A stretch of 64,000 bases of DNA from Octopus bimaculoides (lineage: Eukaryota), in NCBI RefSeq assembly GCF_001194135.2, contig NC_068982.1:130081324-130145323 (forward strand). The letters are read 5' to 3'. The notes under the pieces were generated by a model. That model did no database searches. It was given only the letters and a program-made list of their open reading frames with translations, and had not been told where the DNA came from. The translations under genes were made by a program, and so were the position numbers. Below, in pieces: positions 1 through 13,055 of this stretch; position 1 is the first letter of the stretch, and each line of letters starts with the position of its first letter.

Positions 1-2732
1 GCCCCTGGTAGCTCGCCGCATAATCTTTAGTAATAATAATGACCCCGAACATTGCCATAAGTTCACAAATTCGGGAGAGAGGAGTTATAATCGATTAGGT
101 CGAACTTACTACTTGATTGATATTTATTTATGGATATTGGTGGTATTTGAACTCAGAATGTGAAGAGAGTTAACCTATTCCGGCAACACGGTTTTCAGGA
201 CCAATTTGAACAATGCAACCCTTACTGTCTGCAACTTTTTTCTACACCAATCTCCACCCATCACTCTCATTACATCAAATAGAAGAAATGCAGTCAGAAA
301 ATTATAATTAACTTGCAAACAAGAAGTTTTTAGTTTTCTGATCATACATCTATCACTGAGTAAAGTTTGAAATGTTTTATGCAAAATCACGTTACAGGTC
401 ATAGCATTACACAAGGTTCTCAATACGCTCCCCACCCATTCATGTATTCCTTTCTTCTTTGTTCTGAAACTGACCTCACTTTCTTTATTACGAAGTTTTC
501 TTGTTTTTGATTGCACCAGGGAATTTTTTGTATTTGTTCCTCCACACTCGAATTAACGTGAAAGGCGATCGCTTAGTGAATTAAGTCGGACTTTGGCTAT
601 TGGACAGTGCATGTCATTCTGTCCACTGCTTGACCAATTCTTCCACTCTGAAGTACAAATTTACAGTATTTGGAGGAGTGTATAATCGATTAGGTCGCTT
701 GGTAAGTGGCTGGTGGATATTTCATCGTTCCCAGAAGTGTAAAAGACATTGTCTAATTCGGTAGTATTAAAAAAAAAATTATTTATTGGGTATGGAGGGA
801 GATGCAGTGCCTATAGTCCTCACAATGCTTTCGAGATAGGTAAGATTGATACCGTTGAAGTTCTGCTTACATAGTTGCAAATCAACACTTGCGGAAAAGA
901 CACAAGCAGGGAGAGAATACAAATGAGAAGGCAGTTCTGGTGAAAAAATACTGAGTAAAGTAGTTTGTGTGAGGCCTACGTGATGGAAACAATATAACTG
1001 ATTAAAGGACTGCGAATGTTTGCGAGTAAGCGGCTCGAGAGTAGCCTGCTCCAAGAAGCACATGTCATTATACTGGATGCGGCAAAAATCCTGATACACA
1101 ATTTTTGATAAATATTTTGCAGCTAACACACGACGTGCACTATAATGGTAACTAAAAGCCATAATGGTAGCTAAAAAGAAAAACGATAAATCGTTAGCTA
1201 TCATTACCATTTACCTAGCGTCACAAGCGTAACACTACCAATGGTGAGTTTTTCTACTACACTCTGTAATAACGGTAGAAAAGCTGAGAGAAAAGACAGT
1301 ATGCCTGCGAATCAGAGGGTGGAGTGTGTTTGTAAGTGACTTGCATACAATCAGTCGAGTGGCTTTTCGCTAGATGTGGCTGAAGCAGCTGATATGCGTT
1401 TTGAATTCATGACGTAAAGTATTACAAATATATACCGAGGCTATTTTCTCCATCACTCTAACGATTCTGTCAGGCATAAAGCCACAGACATATGGGGCGA
1501 TGGGAAGGTTACAGATGAATAATTCTTTTAGTACATCACTGGTATTTATTTTGTCATATCCAACAATGAAAAGATTCAAATGCATTATGGTAAAGTAAAG
1601 TTATAAACATCACAAGGCATTTTGTCTGGCAGTCTATGGATTCTGATATTCACAATTATATATGGGTGGGCGTGTGTGTATCTGTGTGTATGTGTGCACA
1701 CGCGCGCAAGTACACAAGTGCAGATAAAAGATAGAAAGAAAAAAAGAGTATTCAATTTGAAAAGTCGATTAAAATATCTGATTTTATTGTAAGTTGAAAA
1801 TCTCAGACATCATTAGCTTGGTTTTCACGTTTCCGACTTCAGGACGAAAAATAATGTAAATGGAATATTAAGGAGAAATTTAAAGGCAACGAGAAAGATC
1901 GGTCACGGCAAATATCGAACACCAGCTGAATGAGGTTTGCTCACAGCTTTGGACCTTGTTGGATAAATAATGTGACTGTTAAAGTAAATATAAACATGTC
2001 AAGATGTCAAAAGAGTTAAATAAATAATAAATATATAAATAAATTGGAATATGGACGTAGAGGGAAGGATCGAAAGGGAAGAAGATCAGGAAAAAGGAGA
2101 AGAGGGAGTAGAAAACAGCGATAAGAGGGAATAAGTGTAAGAAAGAAGGGGAGGAGGAGAGGAAACAACAACAAAAGATTTTCCGGAAAGGATGTCTCAA
2201 AAGAATTTGTTGTGTTAATAATGCGAATAATAATGAATTGAAATTATTTGCAAGATTGTAGTGATTTTTTTTCGACGTCTGACGCGATATATTTTTAATA
2301 AAAAACGAATCGTGGATTTATATATAGACCAAGACAGATAGTAAATGAATGATTAGAAGGAAATTTAGCAAGAATTGAAGAATTTATCTTGAAGTAGGTG
2401 TCGTTACTAAATTTTGTAGCTTGTTATTTCTAAAAGATAGGATCTTAGAAGGCAAACTATAAATGTATGTGTTACGAAATTCAAAATTGCGAGAAAGAAA
2501 AGAAAAAGTACAATCCAGCATGGAGATGATATATTCGATAAATGTTGGTGATAACAAAAGAGTTTGGATGGAACTTGTTCTTATGAGCTAGAAAAGGTGG
2601 GGGATGTCTAGAAGCAGATGCAAATCTGCTTCAGATAATCAAAAGTAATATAAGGACTTTGATGCATGGCGACTGTAGGAGGACAAAATGAAGTACAGCA
2701 TAACTTGGTCCATAGTAAGGCACGCGAAACCA

Positions 2733-3200
2733 TCTAATATATAAAACAGAGATGTCTGTGTATTCGCTTTTCACGTGAAATCGACTTCACCAAATGCTTC
2801 CATACTTGTGATGCATGAATAATTTGACCTCGGATAAATGTTAGGCTCTTCATCTGATTTTTTTTTATTAAAAATAAATAATATTGCTTTATATTTAAGA
2901 TTCACTTCTTTAAAAAGGTTCCTCAATGTCAACTTCCGGTATTGACGTAACTACGGCAAAAAGCTTCACTCTCTATTTCGACGTTTTTGTACCAAATGCT
3001 TACATACTTGTGATGCAATGTCAACNNNNNNNNNNNNNNNNNNNNNNNNNNNNNNNNNNNNNNNNNNNNNNNNNNNNNNNNNNNNNNNNNNNNNNNNNNN
3101 NNNNNNNNNNNNNNNNNNNNNNNNNNNNNNNNNNNNNNNNNNNNNNNNNNNNNNNNNNNNNNNNNNNNNNNNNNNNNNNNNNNNNNNNNNNNNNNNNNNN

Positions 3201-3242
<42 letters not shown>

Positions 3243-3915
3243 GCACACACGCGCGCGCATACACACGTGTGTCTTTGTAAATAAGTTTGTATACATTTAT
3301 GTATGTGTGTGTTTGTAAGAGACAGAGTGTGAGTGAGTCAAGGGGTGTGTTGTCATATGCATCCATCATTTTTGGATGTATGTGTGTGTGTGTGTGTGAC
3401 AGAGTGAGAGAGCGGTGTGTATGTAGTATCTACTCTCTCTCTCATACACACGCACACACACACACTCACACACAAAGATGTATGCATATTTATGCATGTA
3501 TGTATACATGACAACAAACCTCTCTCTCTCTCTCACTCTCTCTCTCTGTCACACACACACACACGTCCATTTCATCTGATGTGTGATACTCTGTGTGCGT
3601 GCGTGCGTGCATGCATGCGAGCGTGCGTGGGGGTTCCACAATCGCCATTTATTTCAATTACTCTTGTGAGGATATTCACGTAAATCATTTTTTTCATTTA
3701 ATCCCCGTTTTAATTTTCATAAAAGTTTCCAAGTACCAATGATGCTTTTTGGCGCATCTTCAATTTTCCCATTCATGAGAGGCGCCCAGTCATCATTCAT
3801 CTGAGAGTCCATCTACAGAATGTCCTCAGATTTCTATACAGCACATTTTGCTTTTTTTTCTTCCAGTATATAAGCAACAATTTCATTCCCGGGCAATGCC
3901 GGGTGCCTCTGCTAG
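2733..3915 (+). mobile_element. Non-autonomous Helitron containing an N gap and (CT)n/(CA)n/(TG)n microsatellites
   Basis: Starts A|TCTAATATATAAAA at 2733. Ends with a GC hairpin CCCGG-gcaatg-CCGGG (3888-3903), an 8-nt spacer and CTAG|T (3912-3916). These are canonical Helitron termini at an A|T insertion site. Confidence 0.75.
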
Positions 3916-4437
3916 TACAATATAATTTCCAGGAGATGCCGTCTCTGATCCGAAGAATCTCCGTCTATTCTGTGGACTAATGAGAAGATCATTAATAGAA
4001 TTTCTGAAATAATCTCGAGATGCCTACACGCATATAAATGTACTTTCGCACAATGCAGTGGGAATGAATTTTGAGTAACTGTTAACATAATTTACTTTAA
4101 GGTATGGATGACGTCTTACAAACATGAAGTAGATAACTTCAAATTACGATGAAAGTAAGCAAAATTAATTCTCAAACAAAATAATTAATTCTCAAACGCA
4201 GAATAATGCTAACAGAATTGCAGGAAAATTTTCCTGCAAAATATGGACATCTTATCCCGTTCCTGCTATTCTGTTAGCATTATTCTGTTTGAGAATTAAT
4301 TATTTCTGTATCTTTCAATACATCTCAACGCTTCTAAAAGGCAACTTTGTTTGTTTACTTCCATAGTAATTTGAATTTAACATCAGCGTCTAATAAAGAT
4401 TGATTTATAAGCTCAAAAATTGCAGATTAATTTGTCA

Positions 4438-4512
4438 GAGGGAAGTTTAACTTAATGGCAAAGGACTATGACCGGTAATCACAGGGATGTGAGTTCGAGT
4501 CTCATGGCTGGC
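4438..4512 (+). other. tRNA-like (Thr-like) pseudogene or SINE head inside a tandem/inverted repeat structure
   Basis: A-box-like TAACTTAATGG. T-arm GTGAG-TTCGAGT-CTCAT. Anticodon arm TGA-CCGGTAA-TCA. The acceptor stem is poor, so this is not a functional tRNA. Confidence 0.55.
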
Positions 4513-6639
4513 CGGTGGCGAATTTTTCTGCAAAATATGGAAATTTTATCCTGTTCTTGCTATTCTGTTAGCATTATTCTGCGTTAGAGAATTAATTATT
4601 TCTGTATCTACCAAGTAGATAGTTAACTCGCTTTGTGATCCTAAGTGCACCAAACCTCACGTGTGCGTGTGCTCACATTTTCGTGGATGCTTGCCCGAGG
4701 ACGATTATACATCCATATTTGTTAACGGTTATTTTCGATAATTTTCTTGCTGTGTTGCGTGTTCGTTTCTCTTTTTTCCATCTGTGATTCTATTTTTGAT
4801 CTTCTATGTAAATGAAGATATTTCCTTCGTCTGGCTGCTTTTCTTTCTACAAAACTAGAAGTAACATCGCGGAACTGTTATTTTAATGTGTTGTGTCTAT
4901 TTATCACCCGATGAGATACATCTACACCGCCGGATGCTCCTGAACCAGTTGTTGAGTGTCCTAACCGAGAAGGATCAATGCTAGATGTGTCGAAACAATT
5001 GTCGGGATTAATAAATTCTAGTACATTCCATCTTCCGTCTTTCATTTGCCATATACATAGCGATCGCTGTGAAATTGACCGTGCTTTACCACTAAGCTAC
5101 CAGGTGTTCACCATTCGTTTTATTATCCAATATATACATATGTGTGTGTGTGTGTGTGTGTATGTGTGTGTGTGTCTGTGTGTGTGTGTGTGTGTGTGTG
5201 TTTGTAGAAATATATGTGTGCATGTGTATGTGTGTGTGTGAATAAGTATGTTTGTTTATGTGTGTATTTGTACGTGTGTCTATGTGTATGATATATTTAG
5301 TATGTGTCATAACCTTGTAACTTTTGTATGTGTGTGTATGTGGATGCTTTCATGTAAGTGTGTGTATTTGTGTGTGTTGATGAGTGCATGGTTTCGATGA
5401 GGTTGTAAGAGAAAGGGGCGGGTGAATTAAAAACGTAGATTTTCTTTGCGGATCTTATCTTTCTGCTATTGTTCCTACAAAAGTCATTAAATGGCTGATG
5501 GTCGTTGATGGTGCGGTCACTGCTTTGATCTATAAGATAAATTCCAACGGGCTTCATTCTAACTTTATCTTGATTTATTTCTATACCGTTTACGGAAAAA
5601 ATTGTAATAGCATATATATATCACTCTATCTTTGAGATAGCATGTGTTATATTTGTTAGATATTACTGTATCATATATTCTATAGTCTATATGCGTAAGT
5701 ATAGATATGGCATGCATGTAGGAAGAACGCTGGCAAGACATGCACCATGACTGAAACTCGAACATCAATAATGGAAAACGTAGGGCTATTAGAATGAAAA
5801 GCAATTTTGTTTAGAGAACATGCGTTTATAAAGCAATGAAAAATTACTATCTAATTACTACCAATAAATTTTATAATATATAATCTTTTTGACTATAAGT
5901 TTGCCCAATCAGAGCCGACCTGTCACTATAAAAAAATACAAAAAACAAAAAACAAAAAAAAAAAGGAAGAAAAATGCAGTAACACGAATACACATGCAGA
6001 CATACTTATAACAAAAACTTATCACATGTGTTATGAGAGCTTTTAAAATGAGAAATCGATAGCAAATAATCTGATAACGATAACGATAACAATGATAACA
6101 ATAACAACGAAAAACAATAGCATTCATGTGTGCTTACACAAATGCATACGCATGACAGGTAGGAACAAAAAAAAAAAAAAGAATTGGTAGATCTTCCTTA
6201 AAAATTGTAAATCAATTAGTTAACTGGTGGCTCTTTCATATGGACTTCATCGTTCATGGATAATTTGCTTCAAATTTGAAATCTTAAAATCTTGAAGTAG
6301 ATCAAAGCTAACCTGATTTCTGTTTACAAGTAATCTTAATCACCTTTGAGATTAGAAGGAAGATTTTTAAGTCTTGTACGAGCTTAACGTATTCCAGTTG
6401 AAGTCATCTCTTACAGTTTGCTTTAGTCAACTTAAACCTTTTATACACTTTGTAGTTTCCTGCCCTGTTAAGATAAGATCTCTTATATTGATACGGAGCG
6501 TCAGATTGACGGATAAACATAAATAATTGGATGTTGTGGTGTTTCTGCTATTCTCATCAGCGTTAGTAATGATACTGAAACAATTTTAAGCTAATGAAAT
6601 TACTATATATCGCCGGTAACATAGATGGAATTGTAGAGC

Positions 6640-7190
6640 GCCGGACTAAGGAGTGACCGCTTTTGCGGTAGTCAAATGCATACCTTTGTGTTCTGAATTC
6701 AAACCACATTTGAGTCGACTTAGTTTTTCATCTGTTCTGGATTGATCAAATAAATACCAGCTATAAGCGCTAGCAGAGCTGTGTAACCGAAACGTCTACT
6801 TCGCAAGCACATGGTTTCTACTCCAGTTCCACTGCGCGGCACTTTAGGCAAATGTCGTCAATTATAGCCCTGGGCTGGCCAATGCCTTTCAAGTGACAAT
6901 TGTACGGAAATCCAGTATACAAATACATATCTATATATGTGTTTGTTGTGTATTTGTGTGTATGTATTTGTGTGTAGGTGTGTGTGTGTGTGTGTGTATG
7001 TGTGAGCGCGTGCGTATTTGTGTTTGCCTTTTCTGATAACAGATGTAGTTTTTTTTTACTGACGTTCCCATTGCTTAGCGGTTCGGCAAAATATAAATAA
7101 GTACTACACTTGCATACTGGGATCGATTTAACTAACTAGGCCCTTAAAAACAGTGTTCCAACATGGTTACACTCTCAATGACTAAAACTA
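6640..7190 (+). mobile_element. Composite of decayed tRNA-derived SINE segments around a (TG)n tract
   Basis: Segments match better-preserved SINE copies elsewhere in the window (TTCTGAATTCAAA..GTCGACT; CCACTGCGCGGCACTTTAGGCAA; TTAGCGGTTCGGCAAAA). Confidence 0.7.
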
Positions 7191-8405
7191 ATATAGAATA
7201 ATAATTATTATATAAAAGTATACTGAGCAGGGATGATTTAAAATAAAACTGTGCACATTTATGTTTAGAACGTTCGTGGTCATTCAAACATGAAAAGACC
7301 TTCTGTACGGCAACTGTCTCGAAAAGAAATTCTTCTTATAAAATGTGCGTGAAAACATACTCGGCTGGGTTATGAATGACGTTGTCGGGTAGTAAGACAT
7401 GTGTTTCTGCGTGTAAATGTACACAGCTTTGTTTTAATCATTAGTGATAAGTGGGCCTTTAATTAATGCATTCTAATTTGTCAAAGGTTAGCACTAGCCT
7501 GCATATTCAATTCTAGCTGTTTTCATATATTCCTTAGACAGTTATAAACGGCGATCTCAGTGTCCGTATCTGAAGAAGCACAAGCACGCAGAAACATGCA
7601 TCTTACGGTCTGCAAACGTTATTCAGAAGAGCATTTCGGTGTGTTTTTGCACACAGTCTATAAAGAGAATTTCTTTTCCGTGGCAGTTGACGCAGCGAAG
7701 GTCTTTTCATGCTCGAGAGTACTTGAATATTGTTATATTCTTTTTTGCCAAATAAACACACGCACTATATATTCATTCTTCACTTTAGATTTATTATTGT
7801 TCTTATTTTATGCCATTTCTCTGGAAATCTTTCGTCACACATCCTGTGACCTCTTTATTCTCAGAAAGGACTAAACAGAATAAGAGGAGACATGTGGGTT
7901 GGAGAATCGCGAAGAAGTCCCAGGATATGTGATGAAAGATTTCCAGACAAAGGACATAAAATAAGAACTATAATAAATCTGAAGTGAAAACCGAGTATGT
8001 ACGAGTGCGTATATTTATTTGGCAAAAAAAAAAAAAAAATTATCATCCCGAAATATAACAATATCTGTTTCAACACACGATTTCACATCAGGAATCTTGC
8101 AGCACGAATACATATGCGTAAGTCCTTGAATACTTTAAATATAAATGTACACATCTTATAAAACGAAAAAGGATACTGATAATGGTTCAGTCTGTCGAAG
8201 TTTATGGGGTCATGTGAATGTATGAAGTCGTTAATACATTACAAAGGGTCAAATCGTGCCACCTTTAAAGTATATTTCAACTTTCTTCTTTTGTCCTTTC
8301 GCACACACACCCACACACACACACGCTCATACACACACACACACACACAAACATTCACACACACGCGCACACACACACACACACACAGACACAGACACAC
8401 ACACA

Positions 8406-8453
<48 letters not shown>

Positions 8454-8877
8454 TTGTAAATGAAGAAAAAATAAAGAGAAAGAAAAAGAAATAAAGGAAG
8501 AANNNNNNNNNNNNNNNNNNNNNNNNNNNNNNNNNNNNNNNNNNNNNNNNNNNNNNNNNNNNNNNNNNNNNNNNNNNNNNNNNNNNNNNNNNNNNNNNNN
8601 NNNNNNNNNNNNNNNNNNNNNNNNNNNNNNNNNNNNNNNNNNNNNNNNNNNNNNNNNNNNNNNNNNNNNNNNNNNNNNNNNNNNNNNNNNNNNNNNNNNN
8701 NNNNNNNNNNNNNNNNNNNNNNNNNNNNNNNNNNNNNNNNNNNNNNNNNNNNNNNNNNNNNNNNNNNNNNNNNNNNNNNNNNNNNNNNNNNNNNNNNNNN
8801 NNNNNNNNNNNNNNNNNNNNNNNNNNNNNNNNNNNNNNNNNNNNNNNCGTGCCAACGATTCTGCCAGCTCGGTGCCT

Positions 8878-8903
8878 TAATGATGATGATGATGATGATG
8901 ATG

Positions 8904-8964
<61 letters not shown>

Positions 8965-9001
8965 TAATAATAATGATGATGATGATGATGATGATGATGA
9001 A

Positions 9002-9035
<34 letters not shown>
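8878..9035 (+). repeat. Compound trinucleotide microsatellite (GAT)n-(AAT)n-(GAT)n following a SINE fragment
   Basis: Direct reading of the repeats. Preceded by the SINE-like segment CGTGCCAACGATTCTGCCAGCTCG. Confidence 0.95.
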
Positions 9036-9037
<2 letters not shown>

Positions 9038-9233
9038 ATATCTTTTGAGAAAATGAGGACAATCAAAATAAAGAGGAGTCAGAAATGATATTAAGCAAAT
9101 AATATATTTTTTACAAATGTGAAAATTTAAACGGTAAGAGTAGACACAAGGATGACAACGGCCGTTAGAAAAATATAAAATAGAATTCTAAAAAATTCCT
9201 GCAGCTTCATTTAGACATTGGTCTCTTCATAAC

Positions 9234-9485
9234 GATATATATATATATATATGGTGGTTGTCTACTCCTTAAACAGAGTTTGACCACCTCCTGCACCTAC
9301 ACCTTAGCCCTTTCATGGCGTCTGATGTAGCTTTTTAAACCAGACAGTGTTTTGAAAAAACACCCACACAGATTGCACCTCTGATTTGCACTACCAATAC
9401 CTGCAAGTAAGTTCTGCTCATTGTGGATCCTAACATGTCTTTTAAGACCTCCATTGGATTTGCAAACCCTCTGGCACACACCATA
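9234..9485 (-). mobile_element. 3' end of a 5'-truncated RTE-like LINE with two C2H2-like motifs, a short 3'UTR and a (TA)n tail
   Basis: Minus-strand CQRVCKSNGGLKRHVRIH and CNLCGCFFKTLSGLKSYIRRH, then a stop, ~45 nt of UTR and (TA)n at 9234-9251. Confidence 0.65.
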
Positions 9486-9926
9486 TAAATAGTTTCTCCT
9501 TATTTTTTGGAAGAAATATTATTCCTAAATATAAAAATGATATTTTCTTAATGTGTGGAAGTCACCCAAAGGTATATTTCCGTGACCTATTCATTGAAAA
9601 GTTGAGATATGCTGTCTAAATATTTATCTTGTCTTCGTAACGTAACGTGTCAGCCCTACCGCATATGCCTCACATATAATATAGATTAATGATATACATT
9701 GATAGACAGATAGAAACATACATACAAAAAGGGGGCTAATGAAGTAACTGAGGTGGATCAATGACTTTAATTTAAATAAGTTGATAGGAGGTGATCTACT
9801 GACTGACGTACGCAAAAATTCGTCAAGGAAATGAAATTTACCTCTTGGAGAAAGAAAACAAATATCTAACGGCAAATGTTAGCGACTTTCAAAGAAAAGG
9901 GGACATAATTTCAATATCTAAACAGC

Positions 9927-10004
<78 letters not shown>

Positions 10005-10353
10005 TAAATCTAATTTTTCATTTTGAATATTACAAAATGTCTAATAGAAAAAGCAAACTTTATAGTAACATTTTTGTATTTTGACTCGATATTTTATTCC
10101 GGAAATAATACGTATTACTATTTCAGTCTATGTAATCACATACACTAAATACAACAATTTCACAAGAATCGCAAAGAATAGTTCAGAAATACGAAGTGTG
10201 CTTTCTTTCATCCGAGGTAGTGAATAGCTAACACCTCATCACAGTGTAAAACTGAATTTTCTGGGATAGTGGACAGCAAGTGAATAATCAAGTTGTCACT
10301 TTAAATTTCTCTTTTAAAACGTATTATTTGAGGAAGTTATTGATTTCAAGTGA

Positions 10354-10462
10354 TGGTGCGTGGCTTAGTGATTAAGATGTTGAGACAACGTCGTAAAATC
10401 GTGGGTTCGATTCCCAGACCGAACGATGCGTTGAGTTCTTGAGTAAGGTACTTCGTTTCACT
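10354..10462 (+). mobile_element. Decayed tRNA-derived SINE head
   Basis: TGGCTTAGTGATT A box and GGTTCGATTCCC B box. Homologous to the heads at 17207 and 14860-15125. Confidence 0.7.
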
Positions 10463-11639
10463 TATGGTGGACTGGCGCTACTGCTCACGCAGTTGCTTGT
10501 AAGTCACGGAAACCGGAATGACCGCCAACGTGATGGTCCTGTAGCGTAGAGACAGTCATATTGAAGGCAAATTCAGATTAAATAATTATCTTAGTTCGTA
10601 ACATTAAGAGAAGCAGTTCTTTCTAATCAGGATGTGCTAATTAAGTTAGACACAATCTGAGTCAAAATTAACCAAAATCTATAGATTTCTATCTACATCT
10701 AATTTAACTTAAGCAATATAAAATACAGAAACTCTTTACTATAGTAGTAATACATGAATACATTGAGTCATATTCGTGTCATTTAAAGTTGACGTATTTT
10801 CTATTGCATAGCCTGAGTAAAGGAAATATACGCTTTATTACAATCAGTAGTTCGTTATCATTATACACTGCATTACACAAATTTTTTACTGCACTCTTTC
10901 TTTCTTTTTTCTTTTTTCTTTCTTTCCTTTTTTCTTTTTTTGTCACATTTCGACATTTTGTATGCTGGTTTTCGAGAGAGACCTGTGTGAAATGCATCTT
11001 AATGTTCTGGCTCTCAAAATTTTGCCTTCGATATTCAAACTTTGTTTTGCTTGTGAATCACACTGTCAAAGAGGATTTTAAAATGAAATTATCACAAAAC
11101 GAGACCTTAATTGTTGTCATTATCGCCATTATCATAATTATCCTTAATTGACACATTATCAGCATATGAGGAGCATGGGAATTTCAGTACTTAATATATC
11201 AAATTTGTTCAAAGCCATTTATAGCATTGCTATTACAATAATGTGTTGATTTTGTTAGCCTTGCCAACACCGTTCACTCTATTTCGAACTCAAATAATTG
11301 TGAAGTTAACCTTATACTTTCGAATCTTTCACTATTGTATTGAATTGTCCGTAAAAGTATGGAATGATTAAATCTTACGCGCGGGAGCACACACTTATGC
11401 ATTAATCTTCGTAAACATATAGACATTTTACGCACAAGCACTCGCACTAGTTAACACACGTGCATACGAGCGCACAAATGCATATTTGTATTTGGTATTG
11501 ATTTCCTTGTTCATCTCAGCCCTTTGGTTATCGTTTACCAAGTAAGATGAAGGTTTAATTCGCCAATGTTTATTAACACAGGTATAAGACCCGACATTTA
11601 AATGATAGCTATTGTCGATGATATTGAGTTCAGTTCTTA

Positions 11640-11770
11640 GATGCAACTTATTCTATCGATTCCGAAAGAATGAAAGGAGAAGTCGGCCTCAGTGAGATTT
11701 GAACTCAGAACGCAAATGTAAACCATAAAGCATTTGGTCAATCTGCTAATTATATTAATCCACCGCCTCT
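11640..11770 (-). mobile_element. tRNA-derived SINE fragment (family A)
   Basis: ATCGATTCCGAAAGAATGAAAGG...ATTTGAACTCAGAACG, matching the copies at 21625 and 63743. Confidence 0.8.
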
Positions 11771-11819
11771 GTATTTGTTCTTACATTGAAATCTCTCTTA
11801 CTCTCTGTCTACACACATA

Positions 11820-11964
11820 CACATGTACGTATGTATGCATGTATGTATGTATGTATGTATGTGTGTATGTGTGTATGTGTGTGTATGTGTGTATATGTAT
11901 GTGTGTATATGTATGTATTATGTATGTATGTATGTATGTGTGTGTATGTGTGTGTATGTGTGTG

Positions 11965-12035
<71 letters not shown>

Positions 12036-12075
12036 ATATGTATGTGTGTATATGTATGTATGCAACTGTGTATGT
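11820..12075 (+). repeat. Compound (TATG)n/(TG)n/(TA)n microsatellite
   Basis: Direct reading. It explains the overlapping low-complexity ORFs here. Confidence 0.95.
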
Positions 12076-12600
12076 ATTTATGGGGTGGCGGTCTACTGAA
12101 ATTAATGCGAAAGTGAACATGACTGTTTCATTAACTGAAATAGGCCGTTCAAATTGCATATGCTGTTAGAATAACTCTTCTTCTATAGAAAAATACTGCA
12201 CAACATAGTTACTAACACATTTGATGCATTTACAACATCGCTGGACCCAATTAAAAAACGTCAGATATGCCCGCTGCTTCACATTTACTTTTACCTTGTC
12301 TGTGTCACTGAACAGCCCAATTTGCCGATAGGCGGATTTGTTGCCAAAGATGTATGTGGTTACTACTGATCATGGTGAATGTGGATCGTTTTCAGGTTCT
12401 TGTCCGGGTACATTCTCAATGTGGCTTCTCTACGCTATTTTAGTGTCTCAGTGTACCGCTCATAGCCATGTTCCAGAAAATGATAGCTAACGACGCTTTT
12501 GTCATCCCCCAAAACAGTCGAAATGACATTATTGACACAATACCTAGCAATGCTACAATGAATTTGAATTATACTATAAATGATAGAAGTAATTCTACTA

Positions 12601-12726
<126 letters not shown>

Positions 12727-12993
12727 TCATGTTAACAGGAACGACTCATGTACGAAGTGCAAAAAATCGTGTTAACTGGAACGACTCATGTACTGAGAAG
12801 AAGAGCATTATCGTTGTGAAAACAACATCCATTCATGAATTTATTTATTTATTAATTTCTTTTTAAATACATATTTTACCTGTGAATTTGCGTGTGTAAA
12901 CTGGGAATGCATACATTGGTGTACGGAAAACACTCGGCAAGAAATGGAAGAAAATTTGAAGAAAGAAAACAACAACAACAACAACAACAACAA

Positions 12994-13052
<59 letters not shown>

Positions 13053-13055
<3 letters not shown>

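Noticed and set aside
2926-3683. Overlapping ORFs in the six-frame track (also 8.2-9.1, 11.7-12.2, 18.1-19.0, 25.3-27.9, 37.0-37.8 and 53.9-54.3 kb)
   Set aside because: They are translations of microsatellites and N gaps (poly-HT, CV, YI, X), not genes.
6535-6565. Minus-strand CTGATGAG..GAAAC
   Set aside because: No stem II closure and no complementary stem I.
12189-12470. NUMT hypothesis (in-frame TGA read as Trp)
   Set aside because: The translation does not resemble any mitochondrial protein I recognise.
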